Shown here in pieces: positions 19,824 to 29,614 of a DNA stretch of 64,000 nt; the first letter of the stretch is position 1; every line of letters starts with the position of its first letter. The translations under genes and the position numbers were made by a program. The DNA comes from an uncultured bacterium (GTDB lineage: Bacteria; Krumholzibacteriota; Krumholzibacteriia; Krumholzibacteriales; Krumholzibacteriaceae): the NCBI GenBank assembly GCA_965371515.1, contig CBDUYR010000002.1, positions 1 to 64,000 on the forward strand, written 5' to 3'. The notes beneath the pieces were generated by a model that had not been told where the DNA came from, searched no databases, and saw only the letters and a list, made by a program, of their open reading frames with translations.

Positions 19824-20963
19824 GTGAAAGTCTGCTTCTTCTCTCCTACCGCGTACGGGTACTTCAATCCGGACGGTGAAAACTGGGCCGGCGGGGCGGA
19901 GACCCAGCAGGTACTGATCGCCAGACACCTCGCGGGCAGGGGTATAGATGTCTCCTTTATCGTCGGGGACTGCGGACAAGCCGATGTGGAACTCTATGAC
20001 GGGATCACCGTGATCAAATCGTTCACACCGTTCAAGGGAAACAGAAAACTCAGATTTCTGCCGGATATGGCCAGGATCAGGCGCGCGATGGAAATCGCCG
20101 ATGCGGACGTGTACAATCAGAGATCAACGTCTTTCTATACCGGTCAGCTCGCCTGGTTCGCTTCCACGATGAATAAGTCCTTCACCTTCTCTATCGGCAG
20201 CGACTATAACTGCTACCGGAACTGCATGGGCCGCCTGTCCTGGCCGATGACCTCCCTGTATGGATACGGGATCAGGAGATCCGACGCCGTCATCGCCCAG
20301 ACGGAAAAGCAGCGCGAGCTGCTCGAGAAGAACTTCGGGAAGAAATCGGTCGTAATCCGTAACGGTATCCCAATACTTCCCGTACCGGAGACGACAGGAC
20401 ATCTGTGCGGCCCCGATGAGAGACCGGAGTTTCTCTGGGTAAGCAGCATAAGGAAACTAAAACGTCCTGAACTGATCCTCGAACTCGCGCGCCGCGTGCC
20501 TGAAGCCGATTTCACGATCATTGGAGGGCTTAATCTAGAGGGCCAGTACTCTTCGTCTATCGCCGATGAAGCTTCCAGGATCCCGAATGTCTCTTTCCTC
20601 GGATTCGTTCATCCGAACAACATCGACAAGTATTACAGTCGAGCATATTTATATATAAATACTTCGACTCTCGAGGGCTTCCCCAACACATATCTTCATT
20701 CCTGGCGGTACGGGCTTCCCGTATTCACCATAGAAATCGATCCCGATTCTATTATCGAGAATAACGGTATCGGTTTCACGGCGGGCAGTTTCGAGAGACT
20801 CCTCACGGAGGTGAAGTCTTTAATCGCAGACCCGGCACGGAGGGACGCCATGTCATCGCGGGCTCTCCAATATGTGCGGAAGAATCACGATATCCGCGAG
20901 CAGGGCGACCGGTACGCTGAGCTCTTCGAACGGGTGACCGGCCTTCACAGAATTTCCTCGTAG
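19824..20963 (+). CDS. GT4 glycosyltransferase (GTG start inferred; ORF open from 19776)
   Basis: AGGAE, IRNG, KRPE, EGFPNTYL; AAGGA upstream of GTG 19824. Confidence 0.85.
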   Translation: MKVCFFSPTAYGYFNPDGENWAGGAETQQVLIARHLAGRGIDVSFIVGDCGQADVELYDGITVIKSFTPFKGNRKLRFLPDMARIRRAMEIADADVYNQRSTSFYTGQLAWFASTMNKSFTFSIGSDYNCYRNCMGRLSWPMTSLYGYGIRRSDAVIAQTEKQRELLEKNFGKKSVVIRNGIPILPVPETTGHLCGPDERPEFLWVSSIRKLKRPELILELARRVPEADFTIIGGLNLEGQYSSSIADEASRIPNVSFLGFVHPNNIDKYYSRAYLYINTSTLEGFPNTYLHSWRYGLPVFTIEIDPDSIIENNGIGFTAGSFERLLTEVKSLIADPARRDAMSSRALQYVRKNHDIREQGDRYAELFERVTGLHRISS

Positions 20964-22045
20964 ACTTCCACCGTCCTGGCGACAGACCTGTCCAGAGTAA
21001 AGCGATCCTCGTACATCTTCCTTCCAGCTTCCCCCATCCTTCTGATCATGTCCGGGTCCACAGAGAGGCGTAAGATCGCTTCCGCGATAGAGACTTCGTT
21101 ACCCGGCTGCACGAGCATGCCGGTCACGCCATCCACAACCTGTTCCGGAATGCCGAAGATCGAGGATGCGACTACCGGCCTGCCTGCCGCCATCGCCTCG
21201 AGTATAACGTATGGTGTCGCATCGAGCAGGGACGGGACGACGAGTATGTCAGATTGCGATATCAGTCCCGGCATATCCTCGACTCCGCCGAGCAGAGTCA
21301 CCCTTCCGCCGTACATTCCTGAAGCGAGTTCCTTCTCGATCCTTCCCCGAAGGGGCCCTTCTCCGGCGATGGAAAGACGGATCCTGTCGGGAAGCCGCTC
21401 CATTGCGGACAGGATCACCAACAGTCCCTTTCTTTCCTCCAGAGCTCCGGCCACAAGCAGGTTCACAGGCCCGTCACGCTCCCTATCCTCACATACAGTC
21501 CACCCCGGATCGGGGATACCGTTATGCACCACCCTGATCTTTCCTGCGGGAACTTCGTGCTTCTCCACGAGATAAGACCTGTTGTCCTCACTTACCGTGA
21601 TGAACCTCGAGACGTGCGACATGTGAACTGATCTGAGGACTTTCGCCTTCGCAAACGACTCGACCATGGGCAGATGCTCGGTCGTCACGATCCTCCTCAC
21701 TCCGGACAGCCTTGCCAGCGAGACGGGCAGCCCGTATGCGCAATCGAAGGGACCGGGCATGTTGATGTGAACTATATCGGGGGAGAGTCTTCTCATGATG
21801 CCCGAAAAGAGCCATGCCCCCCTCGCCGAGGAAAGGGGTTTTCCTTCAGTTGTCTCGCTCGGCAGGCCTGCACTTTGAATGGCCGCCCGTAGAGGTTCGA
21901 GCCCCGGCGAGCCGGATGTGACGAAAACAGGCTCGAACCGTTCACGGTCGAGCCCGCCGGCGAGAAGCACGACATATTTCTCTGCTCCGCCTGCGTAGGC
22001 GGCTCCGGATACGTATGCTATCCTTGTTCGACCGTCAGCTCTCAT
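20945..22045 (-). CDS. GT4 glycosyltransferase
   Basis: GGAE, VHNGI, ERKG, PYVILEAMAAGRPVV, G.LV.PG. Confidence 0.88.
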   Translation of the reverse strand: MRADGRTRIAYVSGAAYAGGAEKYVVLLAGGLDRERFEPVFVTSGSPGLEPLRAAIQSAGLPSETTEGKPLSSARGAWLFSGIMRRLSPDIVHINMPGPFDCAYGLPVSLARLSGVRRIVTTEHLPMVESFAKAKVLRSVHMSHVSRFITVSEDNRSYLVEKHEVPAGKIRVVHNGIPDPGWTVCEDRERDGPVNLLVAGALEERKGLLVILSAMERLPDRIRLSIAGEGPLRGRIEKELASGMYGGRVTLLGGVEDMPGLISQSDILVVPSLLDATPYVILEAMAAGRPVVASSIFGIPEQVVDGVTGMLVQPGNEVSIAEAILRLSVDPDMIRRMGEAGRKMYEDRFTLDRSVARTVEVYEEIL

Positions 22046-22054
22046 ATCACCAGT

Positions 22055-24628
22055 CTAATCCGTGATGGTTACGGTTCCCGCGCGATAACCGGCAAACGTA
22101 TCCTCATTGAGAAAATAATCCTTCAGATGCCTGTTCTGCAGGTAAGCCCGTCTGTTTACGGATATCCTTACCGTGTAATCCCCATCAGCCATCGTCGGGG
22201 GTATTCTCACGCGGATCTCCTGCTGCACCCTCTCTCCCATGATCCACATGTCGGGTTTTCTGCCGTTACTTTCCAACCTTCCTGAGACAGTATACCTGTA
22301 GCGTTCCCCTCTCTTCCGTTCTATCTTTCGCCTGTACTGCTTACTGTACCACTCCCTGTAGAACGGCCCCTTTCTGAAGTCTGTGTCAAATCTTACCGTC
22401 CAGTAAAGAGGAAGCCCGAACTCCACCTGCTTCGTCTCAGCCCAGCAGACTGTGATAACGGCTGTATCACCAGGAGCGTAAGCGTCTGAATCCATGGTGA
22501 AGTCGCCGAGAATAATCTCCTCTCCGATCGGAATATCCCCTTCGCCGGAACAGGCACCTGTCACGCTCGGAACTCTATCGGAATATGCCGATGAGGTGGT
22601 GTCGACAGCAAAAAGCTTCATCGTTCCTCTTGAACGTATCTCCCTTAGGAATTCGTACGACCCGAACCTTAGCATCGAGCGTAGGCCTGATTCCTGCGAA
22701 TTTACGCCGAAGAAATCCTCCATCATCGGCGGCGCGGCATCCACAAAAAGATATTCAGCGCCGCAGGTAAGTATCCGGTCGAGAACGATCGAATCGGAAA
22801 GCGATGGAGAATGGATATCCCTCGACATCCTAACTCTGACAATGGCCGACGTATCGGCTGGCGAGCAGTGCTGGTCCAGTATTACCGTAACGAAATGATC
22901 CGAGAATGCTGATATGTAATAGCTCGAAACGGGATCGGCCGCGATCACCGAGCCGGCAGGGATATCCGAGAGGAAGTCCGAGATCAGTTCCCCCTTTTCC
23001 TCTTTACCGGCGCTACCGTGCCCGAGCGCCGAGGACATCCTCACAGGCAGTGATACGGCTGACGGCCTGAGGAATACGGCAGCGAACAATATGAATATGA
23101 GAGTGCCAGCCACCCGGACCATGGCCCTGTGTTTCCATCCTCTGTCACGACTATCGAGTCTCCAGCCCCCGGTCAACGCTCCCCTCCCAGCCCCGAAGAT
23201 GGCGAGGGCGAGATAGACCATCACCGGCGCGGCGTAGAGCAGACGGTAGTGCATGTAGCCGGCCACCATATCAAGCGGGGTGGCCGTGAGCGGATTGAGC
23301 ACCAGGAGAACGGGAACCGTGAAAAGCAACCAGACCAGGCGGGATTTCCTGTACGCGGATGTCATGATGGGGAAAAGCGGGATTACGAGGACTGCGAAGA
23401 GAAACGGGAATCCCATGCCAACGATGAGTTCCGCAGGGTCGGTCACCGTCAGCCCGGCGCCTATTTCCATCATTCCCTGAGTGTGGGTATGTATCATGTT
23501 AGGCCGGTCCGGAAAATGTATCAGCCTCACGGCGAGAGGAAGCGCAACGGCTGCCGATACCAGCGGGACGACCTTCCAGAAGCGGCCCGTCCATTCCCCT
23601 CCCCAGCGTGCTATCGAAACGTAGACCATCATTCCTAACAGAAACACAGCCAGGACGGGAGCGTACGAGAGATGTATCGCGGTACCGGCCGCCGCCGTGA
23701 TGACAACCATACCGAGGTCCGTTCCCCTCAGCGTTCTGAGATACCTGATCAAGAATGCGGCCGTTCCCCAGAAGACGATCTGCGAGATGTTCCTGCTGTA
23801 CGAGAGCTTTGTCAACCACGCAAACCCGTCGCCTCTGAAGAAGAGAAACAGGAAAAGAACGGAGAGGACCTTCACCGGAATCGAACCGGAAAGCTCACCC
23901 GCGAAGAACCAGAACACTACGATGGCAAAAAACGACAGGAAGGCAGGCATCATCGTCCACAGCACGTGGGGTTCGGTATCGGCCTGCCACGCCCAAAGAG
24001 ATACGACAGGATGCCACAGCCCCTTGCGCGGATCGAACGATTCTCCGTCTCCCTCGATATAGAACGAGTCACCTGGAAGAAGCTCGCCTGTGTTCAAGCC
24101 TCTCCTGATGAAGCTGATATGGTCGGGAGCGTCGGTGTCCACCCCCATCTCTCCATTTCCCGCCAGAAGAACGGCGCATATGCCGAAGAGGAGGATGAAT
24201 ACGACCAGTATTGCCTTCTTTTCCCTCGCCGAATAATCTTCCCTGCGGGAAAAGGATCCGACGAGATCGATCTCCTTGCCTTCCTCCCCCTTCCCCGTGG
24301 TGATACCCCGATATGCGAGGGCGATGATGATCGTCGAAGCGTATGTCACAGCGATGAACGGATATGATATTCCAGGGATGAACCCTATGCAGACGACGAG
24401 ACACGAGGCCGACAACCCTGTCAGAAAAATCCTCGTTATACCCTCGAAATCGGCCTTTACCCCTCCAAAGAGCATATCCGAAAGAAGGATACCTGGGAGC
24501 ACGATCAGCGAATAAAAAGCAAGCGCTATCCCCGCGCTGTCAGGACCGGGCAGGATCCGCAGGCCGGTAAGAAGCGACAGCAATACAATCGAGATATTTA
24601 CGCTTAGAAAAGTAGTTCGTTTTATCAA
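22055..24628 (-). CDS. Large polytopic membrane protein, probable GT-C glycosyltransferase with a C-terminal soluble domain (start uncertain; ORF open to 24709)
   Basis: Many hydrophobic segments, acidic DTDAPDH motif in an early extracytoplasmic loop, ~300-aa soluble C-terminus with an Ig-like pattern (TVCW...GE.V...IP...G.Y.V.I). Confidence 0.6.
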   Translation of the reverse strand: MIKRTTFLSVNISIVLLSLLTGLRILPGPDSAGIALAFYSLIVLPGILLSDMLFGGVKADFEGITRIFLTGLSASCLVVCIGFIPGISYPFIAVTYASTIIIALAYRGITTGKGEEGKEIDLVGSFSRREDYSAREKKAILVVFILLFGICAVLLAGNGEMGVDTDAPDHISFIRRGLNTGELLPGDSFYIEGDGESFDPRKGLWHPVVSLWAWQADTEPHVLWTMMPAFLSFFAIVVFWFFAGELSGSIPVKVLSVLFLFLFFRGDGFAWLTKLSYSRNISQIVFWGTAAFLIRYLRTLRGTDLGMVVITAAAGTAIHLSYAPVLAVFLLGMMVYVSIARWGGEWTGRFWKVVPLVSAAVALPLAVRLIHFPDRPNMIHTHTQGMMEIGAGLTVTDPAELIVGMGFPFLFAVLVIPLFPIMTSAYRKSRLVWLLFTVPVLLVLNPLTATPLDMVAGYMHYRLLYAAPVMVYLALAIFGAGRGALTGGWRLDSRDRGWKHRAMVRVAGTLIFILFAAVFLRPSAVSLPVRMSSALGHGSAGKEEKGELISDFLSDIPAGSVIAADPVSSYYISAFSDHFVTVILDQHCSPADTSAIVRVRMSRDIHSPSLSDSIVLDRILTCGAEYLFVDAAPPMMEDFFGVNSQESGLRSMLRFGSYEFLREIRSRGTMKLFAVDTTSSAYSDRVPSVTGACSGEGDIPIGEEIILGDFTMDSDAYAPGDTAVITVCWAETKQVEFGLPLYWTVRFDTDFRKGPFYREWYSKQYRRKIERKRGERYRYTVSGRLESNGRKPDMWIMGERVQQEIRVRIPPTMADGDYTVRISVNRRAYLQNRHLKDYFLNEDTFAGYRAGTVTITD

Positions 24629-24668
24629 GGACCGCTGCCCCCGTCCTGATATACCGTTCCCGTCTCTC

Positions 24669-25043
24669 CTACTGACCGGAAAATGTCCGGCCCACGAGGA
24701 ATACGCCAAAGCAGATCACTAGGACGCCTATGAACCTCTGTACCGAGAAAGACTCACCGAGCAGTACCGGAGAGAGGATCGCAGTGAGCACGTATGACAG
24801 ACTCACCATGGGAAATGCCCAGCTCAACTCCGCGCGGGAAAGGATCACGATCCACAGCGCTGCGCTGAAGGCATAGGCGACAAAACCCCCGATTACGAAG
24901 CCGGACGCAGCCACCCGGGGAAGGTACTCGAAGAATCGCGACGGTTCTATCTTACCGATCTTGTTTATCCCTACTTTCATCATGAACTGCCCGGCGGTGT
25001 TGAGACATACAGTTATGCCTATCAAGATCAGGTTCTTCAGCAT
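24669..25043 (-). CDS. Small DMT/SMR-family 4-TM protein, ArnE/ArnF-like flippase
   Basis: GQFMMKVG, WIVILSR.ELSWAFP..SLSY, LGE.FS..R..G; AAGGA RBS before ATG 25043. Confidence 0.8.
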   Translation of the reverse strand: MLKNLILIGITVCLNTAGQFMMKVGINKIGKIEPSRFFEYLPRVAASGFVIGGFVAYAFSAALWIVILSRAELSWAFPMVSLSYVLTAILSPVLLGESFSVQRFIGVLVICFGVFLVGRTFSGQ

Positions 25044-25054
25044 TTTGTCCTTCC

Positions 25055-25738
25055 CTATTTCTTCAGAGGTGCGAATCTCAGCTTGACCAGGTATATGAGG
25101 TTCTCGAATCCATCTTTCCACTTGTTGAGTTTGACCTCGCCGACCCTAGGATGATAGTTGACATGGTACTCGTCGAATTTCAGTCCCGGATGCCTTATCG
25201 CATTGATCTTGATCTCCTCGCTCAGCGGCATGCCATCGCTCTTCAGCTGGAGCTTCGGATAGATCTCACTTCTGTAAATCCACATCCCCGACTGCGAATC
25301 CCTGATGCCGCGCATGAAGAGAACAAGCGTACCGAAAGTGAGTATCCCGTTCCCCATCTTATTGGAAAAATTCATCGCCTTCCGGTCCTTGAGGGGAAAT
25401 CTCGAGGCGGACACAAAGTCGAGATCGTTGTCGAGAAGGAAATCTATGCATTCCTCTATCTGCTCTACCGGATATGTGCCGTCTCCATCCATAGTCACGG
25501 TTATGTCGCCCGTGACAGCGGGCAGCCCGGCCTTGTATGCCGCGCCGTATCCCTTCCGCTCCTCAAATACGATTCTGGCGCCCCTGTCCCGCGCCACCTC
25601 AGCAGTCCTGTCGGTCGAGTTGTTATCAATGACAATGACCTCGTCCACCGATTCCGGCAGTGAATCGATTACCAGGGCAATGCCTTCTTCCTCGTTGAAG
25701 CACGGGATGACTACGGAGATCTTTTTATCACGGTACAT
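25055..25738 (-). CDS. GT2 polyprenol-phosphate glycosyltransferase (DPM synthase/GtrB/ArnC-like)
   Basis: VVIPCFNEE, DNNSTD, GYG.A, MDGDG (DxD), ASRF, DSQSG, R.GE.KL..W.DG. Confidence 0.88.
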   Translation of the reverse strand: MYRDKKISVVIPCFNEEEGIALVIDSLPESVDEVIVIDNNSTDRTAEVARDRGARIVFEERKGYGAAYKAGLPAVTGDITVTMDGDGTYPVEQIEECIDFLLDNDLDFVSASRFPLKDRKAMNFSNKMGNGILTFGTLVLFMRGIRDSQSGMWIYRSEIYPKLQLKSDGMPLSEEIKINAIRHPGLKFDEYHVNYHPRVGEVKLNKWKDGFENLIYLVKLRFAPLKK

Positions 25739-25753
25739 GTTCGGGTTCCTTCG

Positions 25754-27256
25754 TCAGAATATGGATACGATCTTCTCCTTCAGCGGAATCGGGAGCCTCA
25801 TCATGAGAGCCTTCTCCCTCTCGCCGAATAATTTCAGCACCTTTACTCCTGCCAGCAGCAAGACTACCCCGATCAGCATCTGCACGGCAAGCGCTATGGG
25901 AGAATTCCATCTCGAAGCGCTTATTCCGAGCAGAGCGGTCGGCAATGCTGCAAGATAACACCTGGCCACGAATCCGACCGGTATCGCAAGACCGGAATTG
26001 AACCTTGCAGCAACCCTCCCGAAAACCACGACGGCCAGCAGCATGACGACAGCTACAGGGAAAAATGCCCCCCACAGCCCGAATCTGGGGATAAATGCAA
26101 GATCCAGACCGATATTGACGATGGCGAGGGCAGCGAATACGAGCATGTTGACCCAGCTTTTCTCCATGACATACAGGGCCATGCTAAGTGGAGTATAGAG
26201 AAAGGAGTACGAGAAGACAACGAAAAACAGTCTCGTCATTTCGCCCGCAGGGACCATCCCCTCTCCGAAAAGGAGCGGTACGAGAGGCCCTGAGAATGCA
26301 AATCCCATCGCCGCCACAGGGACGACGAGCAGAAAGAGCAGCCTGTAATAGACATCTACCGATTCGGGGAGTTTTCCGGGGTCCTTCGCGTAAGCCTCTG
26401 ATATACCCGCCATGACGATCGGCCATATCGAGAGCGGGATGAACTCGAGCGCCATCTGCGGTATCCTGTAGGCGAGCCCGAAATAACCGGCAGCTTCCAT
26501 TCCGGTGAAATGACCGAGAAAGAGGACTTCCGAATGCCTCCAGACGATCTGGTTCAGAATTCCCGTCGCCACGAAGGGAAGGGAATATTTCAGCATCCGT
26601 GCCGTTCCCGGACCGGGAGCGGTATCGGACAGGGCCTTCCTGCTCAGCTCGACTACCTCGGGCATCAGGAACAGGATCATCGCCAGATTGACTGCGCCCC
26701 CGGCGGCAAGCACTCCGACGATACCCCACCCTGCCTTCATAAACAAGATTAATAGAATAACGTATATAATGTTCCCTACTATCATTACAACAGCAAGGCG
26801 CCTTGTCTCATACCAGGACTGAAGTGCGTTCATAGTAAGCGACATCCCCGCCTCGAAGAGAACGAGCCCGAGAGCGATGACGAGATATGTCCTGAATACG
26901 GATGGATCCTGGTGGAACACCGAGGCCAGCCAGTCTCCCGAGAGGTATCCGGCGAGTGTCAGCAGGGTCCAGACCAGCGACTGGAACACGGCCAGCCGTC
27001 TCAGGTCGGACAACAATCCCCTCATGCCTCCCTTGACCCTCACCTCCGGGATATACCGCAGAACGGCTTTGCCGCCGCCGAGCATCACGATGACGAGCGC
27101 AAACCCGGTTATTGTCCTGAGGACGTTGAGTACTCCCCAGTCATGCTCTCCCAGTGAACGGACTATGACGATATACGAGAGAGGCATCGCGAGGAACCGG
27201 CCGATCTTCGCCACTACGCTCCACGACATCGCCTTTCCCACCTTCTCCACTATCAT
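25754..27256 (-). CDS. wzx: Wzx-type oligosaccharide flippase (MOP superfamily)
   Basis: Real start MIVEKVGK at 27256 (ATGA overlap with the upstream gene). About 14 TM segments, R.LG...WG, G.F..AYRI, LIP.FG.WGA. Confidence 0.85.
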   Translation of the reverse strand: MIVEKVGKAMSWSVVAKIGRFLAMPLSYIVIVRSLGEHDWGVLNVLRTITGFALVIVMLGGGKAVLRYIPEVRVKGGMRGLLSDLRRLAVFQSLVWTLLTLAGYLSGDWLASVFHQDPSVFRTYLVIALGLVLFEAGMSLTMNALQSWYETRRLAVVMIVGNIIYVILLILFMKAGWGIVGVLAAGGAVNLAMILFLMPEVVELSRKALSDTAPGPGTARMLKYSLPFVATGILNQIVWRHSEVLFLGHFTGMEAAGYFGLAYRIPQMALEFIPLSIWPIVMAGISEAYAKDPGKLPESVDVYYRLLFLLVVPVAAMGFAFSGPLVPLLFGEGMVPAGEMTRLFFVVFSYSFLYTPLSMALYVMEKSWVNMLVFAALAIVNIGLDLAFIPRFGLWGAFFPVAVVMLLAVVVFGRVAARFNSGLAIPVGFVARCYLAALPTALLGISASRWNSPIALAVQMLIGVVLLLAGVKVLKLFGEREKALMMRLPIPLKEKIVSIF

Positions 27257-28386
27257 CCCTTCCTCCCACCCCCTCTGAATCCCGGCAGGATAAATCCGGC
27301 GATTCCGGTTACATCTGCCTCGTCCCCCTGAAATTCCTCGCTGGAGAACATTACGCTGTCCATGCACGGGGCGGCGGGATGATACCCGTGCATCCCCTTC
27401 ACGGGAGCGCTTCCCATGTAGCTCGGCAGAATGATCATTCCCGGATCGCACAGGAAAACGATGTCGCCGTACTCTTCCCGGGGAAAATGCACTCCGAGTG
27501 ACTTCAGCTCTTCCTTCCCGAGTATCCTCCCGCCCGGCGACCTCTCGAGCACTTCCGATATCACCCGGGAGACCCTCTCCCCTGAAACTTTGAAACGCGC
27601 CATCGTCGAATCGTAGAATGGAACGTAGTCGACGGGGATCTTCAGACCTGTCGCCTCCACAGACTTGATCAGGTCGACATGGCCTGTCACATCGCACATG
27701 CCGTGATCGCCCAGCACGATGAACCTCGGGTCGGGGAATCTCGATACCAGCGAGTCGATCCTCTCGCTGTAGTGTCTCAGCCTCGATCCAATCGCCTCTT
27801 CCCTGGATCCGTGCCTGTGCAGATCCGAATCGAGCCCGGCCGTATAGACAAGATGGAACGAAGTCTCCCCCGTTTCTAGTGTGGATTCGAGCTCGTCGAA
27901 GGCCTGTTCCTCCGGAGTGTTGTAGTCCCTGATGAAAACACCGCCATCTTCACTCGCCTGGTCTATGACACTGCGCCTGTTCCCACCTCCCAGCGGACCG
28001 AACACCGATCTCCGTGCGGGGAGATCGAGTCGTTCCAGTAGCTCGCCCGGAATATCGTAGAGGTTGTAATATGCCGTTATGTGGTCGATCCTCGACAGCT
28101 TCCATCTGAGAAGATTGCGTACCCATAGTCTCTCAGGCCCGCCGAACGGCCTGAGTCCCCGGAGCAGGCCGAAAGGCGATCTCTCTCCGGCGAAGGAAAA
28201 CATCATCCAGAGCCCGTGAACGTCAGGGAAACTTCCCGTGAGAATCGAGGTAAGCGCCGCCTGGCTGAAACCGAGGACCGTCTTGAGCCTGGTCCTGAAC
28301 GGCAGTTTCACGGGGCTGAAGCCATGGTGATCGGCCAACTCGCAGCCGAGCGCGTCTAAGAGAATAACGACCGTCCTCTCACCCAA
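27253..28386 (-). CDS. Alkaline-phosphatase-superfamily (phosphodiesterase/NPP-like) protein
   Basis: ILLDALG, GFSQAALTSILTG..P..HG, LDSDLH..G, LGDHGM, KGMHGYHP. Confidence 0.82.
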   Translation of the reverse strand: MGERTVVILLDALGCELADHHGFSPVKLPFRTRLKTVLGFSQAALTSILTGSFPDVHGLWMMFSFAGERSPFGLLRGLRPFGGPERLWVRNLLRWKLSRIDHITAYYNLYDIPGELLERLDLPARRSVFGPLGGGNRRSVIDQASEDGGVFIRDYNTPEEQAFDELESTLETGETSFHLVYTAGLDSDLHRHGSREEAIGSRLRHYSERIDSLVSRFPDPRFIVLGDHGMCDVTGHVDLIKSVEATGLKIPVDYVPFYDSTMARFKVSGERVSRVISEVLERSPGGRILGKEELKSLGVHFPREEYGDIVFLCDPGMIILPSYMGSAPVKGMHGYHPAAPCMDSVMFSSEEFQGDEADVTGIAGFILPGFRGGGRKG

Positions 28387-29614
28387 GTGTCTCCTCCTCC
28401 CTGCCTGTCACCAGCCTGCGCCATTCCGCCGACGTCCTGGAAGCGGCTTCCTCCCACGATGTCCTGCCGTGGGGGTATCCTCCCGGAGCAGATCCTACGA
28501 TGCCGCCGGCGCCCTTCTCCACCACATGTCTGATCAGCCTGAGGGATTCTCCCCTGACATGCCCGCCGGGCTCCCGTCCCGAGAACAACGATCCGATAAA
28601 CAATTTCAGCCTTTCCAGGATCGAAATATCGGGAACGGCTGCATTCCAGGCCCGGAAGAGATCTGTGAACCGGGGACTCCCTGCCCGGGCACTTCCATGA
28701 TCCTTCCTTGAGATCCCGTCCCTTACTGCCAGCAGATCTCCGGCAGCCTCGAGCCACATGTGCCATGCTCGATCCTCTCCCGCCCAGACTCCCTCCATAA
28801 CGGGATCGGTCTTGAATCCAGTCCACTTCACTGTTTTTTCCGTGAGAGATCCTCCCAGTTCCCTGCGGACTTCCGAAGCCCGCGGCGATCTGGCGAGGAA
28901 CTCGGCTCTCGCTTCGTAACCCGACCGGTACATGCCCCCGGCACACAACGAAGCAGTCACAATATCAGTATACACACGGGACACTCCGTATAGAAACCCG
29001 TAGAGATCCATGCCCTCCGGCCTGTCCGTTACGGGCCTGCCGCCGAGGAATGCGGCCATCCTGTTCTCGAGAAGCCTCAAGGCTTCTCCGGCCGCTATCT
29101 CACCTGGGCCGAACGACGGGAAACGGTCGAGGAGCCCCCTTTCGCCACACAACAGCACTCCCCTCTCACGCATGTCGAATACACCGGGGGACAGAGGCAT
29201 CGCTGCAAGCTCTCCCGACGTCATGATGCCTACGTCTATCCTGCCTTCGAATCGGGCTTCGGGAAGGAGGTCCTCGCATGCCTTCCCTATGATCGATCTT
29301 CGAGAGTAAAGCGCTGCATGAGCCGCCTTTGAAGGAACTATCAGCAGAAGATCTATGTCAGAGAGAAAAACGGGACCGCCCTCGAGCATTACAACGCATC
29401 CCTCGCACGAGGCAAAGCTGCCCGAAAGGATCAGCCCCTCCACATTGCCAGGCCTGGTCTGCTCCACTATCAGATCGCGGCACCGTTCGATGAATACTGG
29501 GAATACATTGGCGTACCATGACTCCAGAACGCTGTCGCTGCATCGGCGCTCGAGAGAATAATCCCCGTGTCCGGGATTACATTGGGAAAGATCTTCGCGG
29601 CTTTCGCCCTGCAC
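28379..29614 (-). CDS. Pol-beta-superfamily nucleotidyltransferase-domain protein
   Basis: LILSGSFASCEG...LSDIDLL (hG[GS]...DxD) and a third Asp in IDVG; helical C-terminal region. Confidence 0.65.
   Translation of the reverse strand: MQGESREDLSQCNPGHGDYSLERRCSDSVLESWYANVFPVFIERCRDLIVEQTRPGNVEGLILSGSFASCEGCVVMLEGGPVFLSDIDLLLIVPSKAAHAALYSRRSIIGKACEDLLPEARFEGRIDVGIMTSGELAAMPLSPGVFDMRERGVLLCGERGLLDRFPSFGPGEIAAGEALRLLENRMAAFLGGRPVTDRPEGMDLYGFLYGVSRVYTDIVTASLCAGGMYRSGYEARAEFLARSPRASEVRRELGGSLTEKTVKWTGFKTDPVMEGVWAGEDRAWHMWLEAAGDLLAVRDGISRKDHGSARAGSPRFTDLFRAWNAAVPDISILERLKLFIGSLFSGREPGGHVRGESLRLIRHVVEKGAGGIVGSAPGGYPHGRTSWEEAASRTSAEWRRLVTGREEETLG

Noticed and set aside
27257..27697. N-terminal extensions of wzx (also lon 50376-50573 and the permease 56255-56845) that suggest fusions
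   Set aside because: They overlap upstream genes in another frame and are low-information Arg/Gly-rich translations; internal starts with ATGA coupling or an RBS explain the genes.
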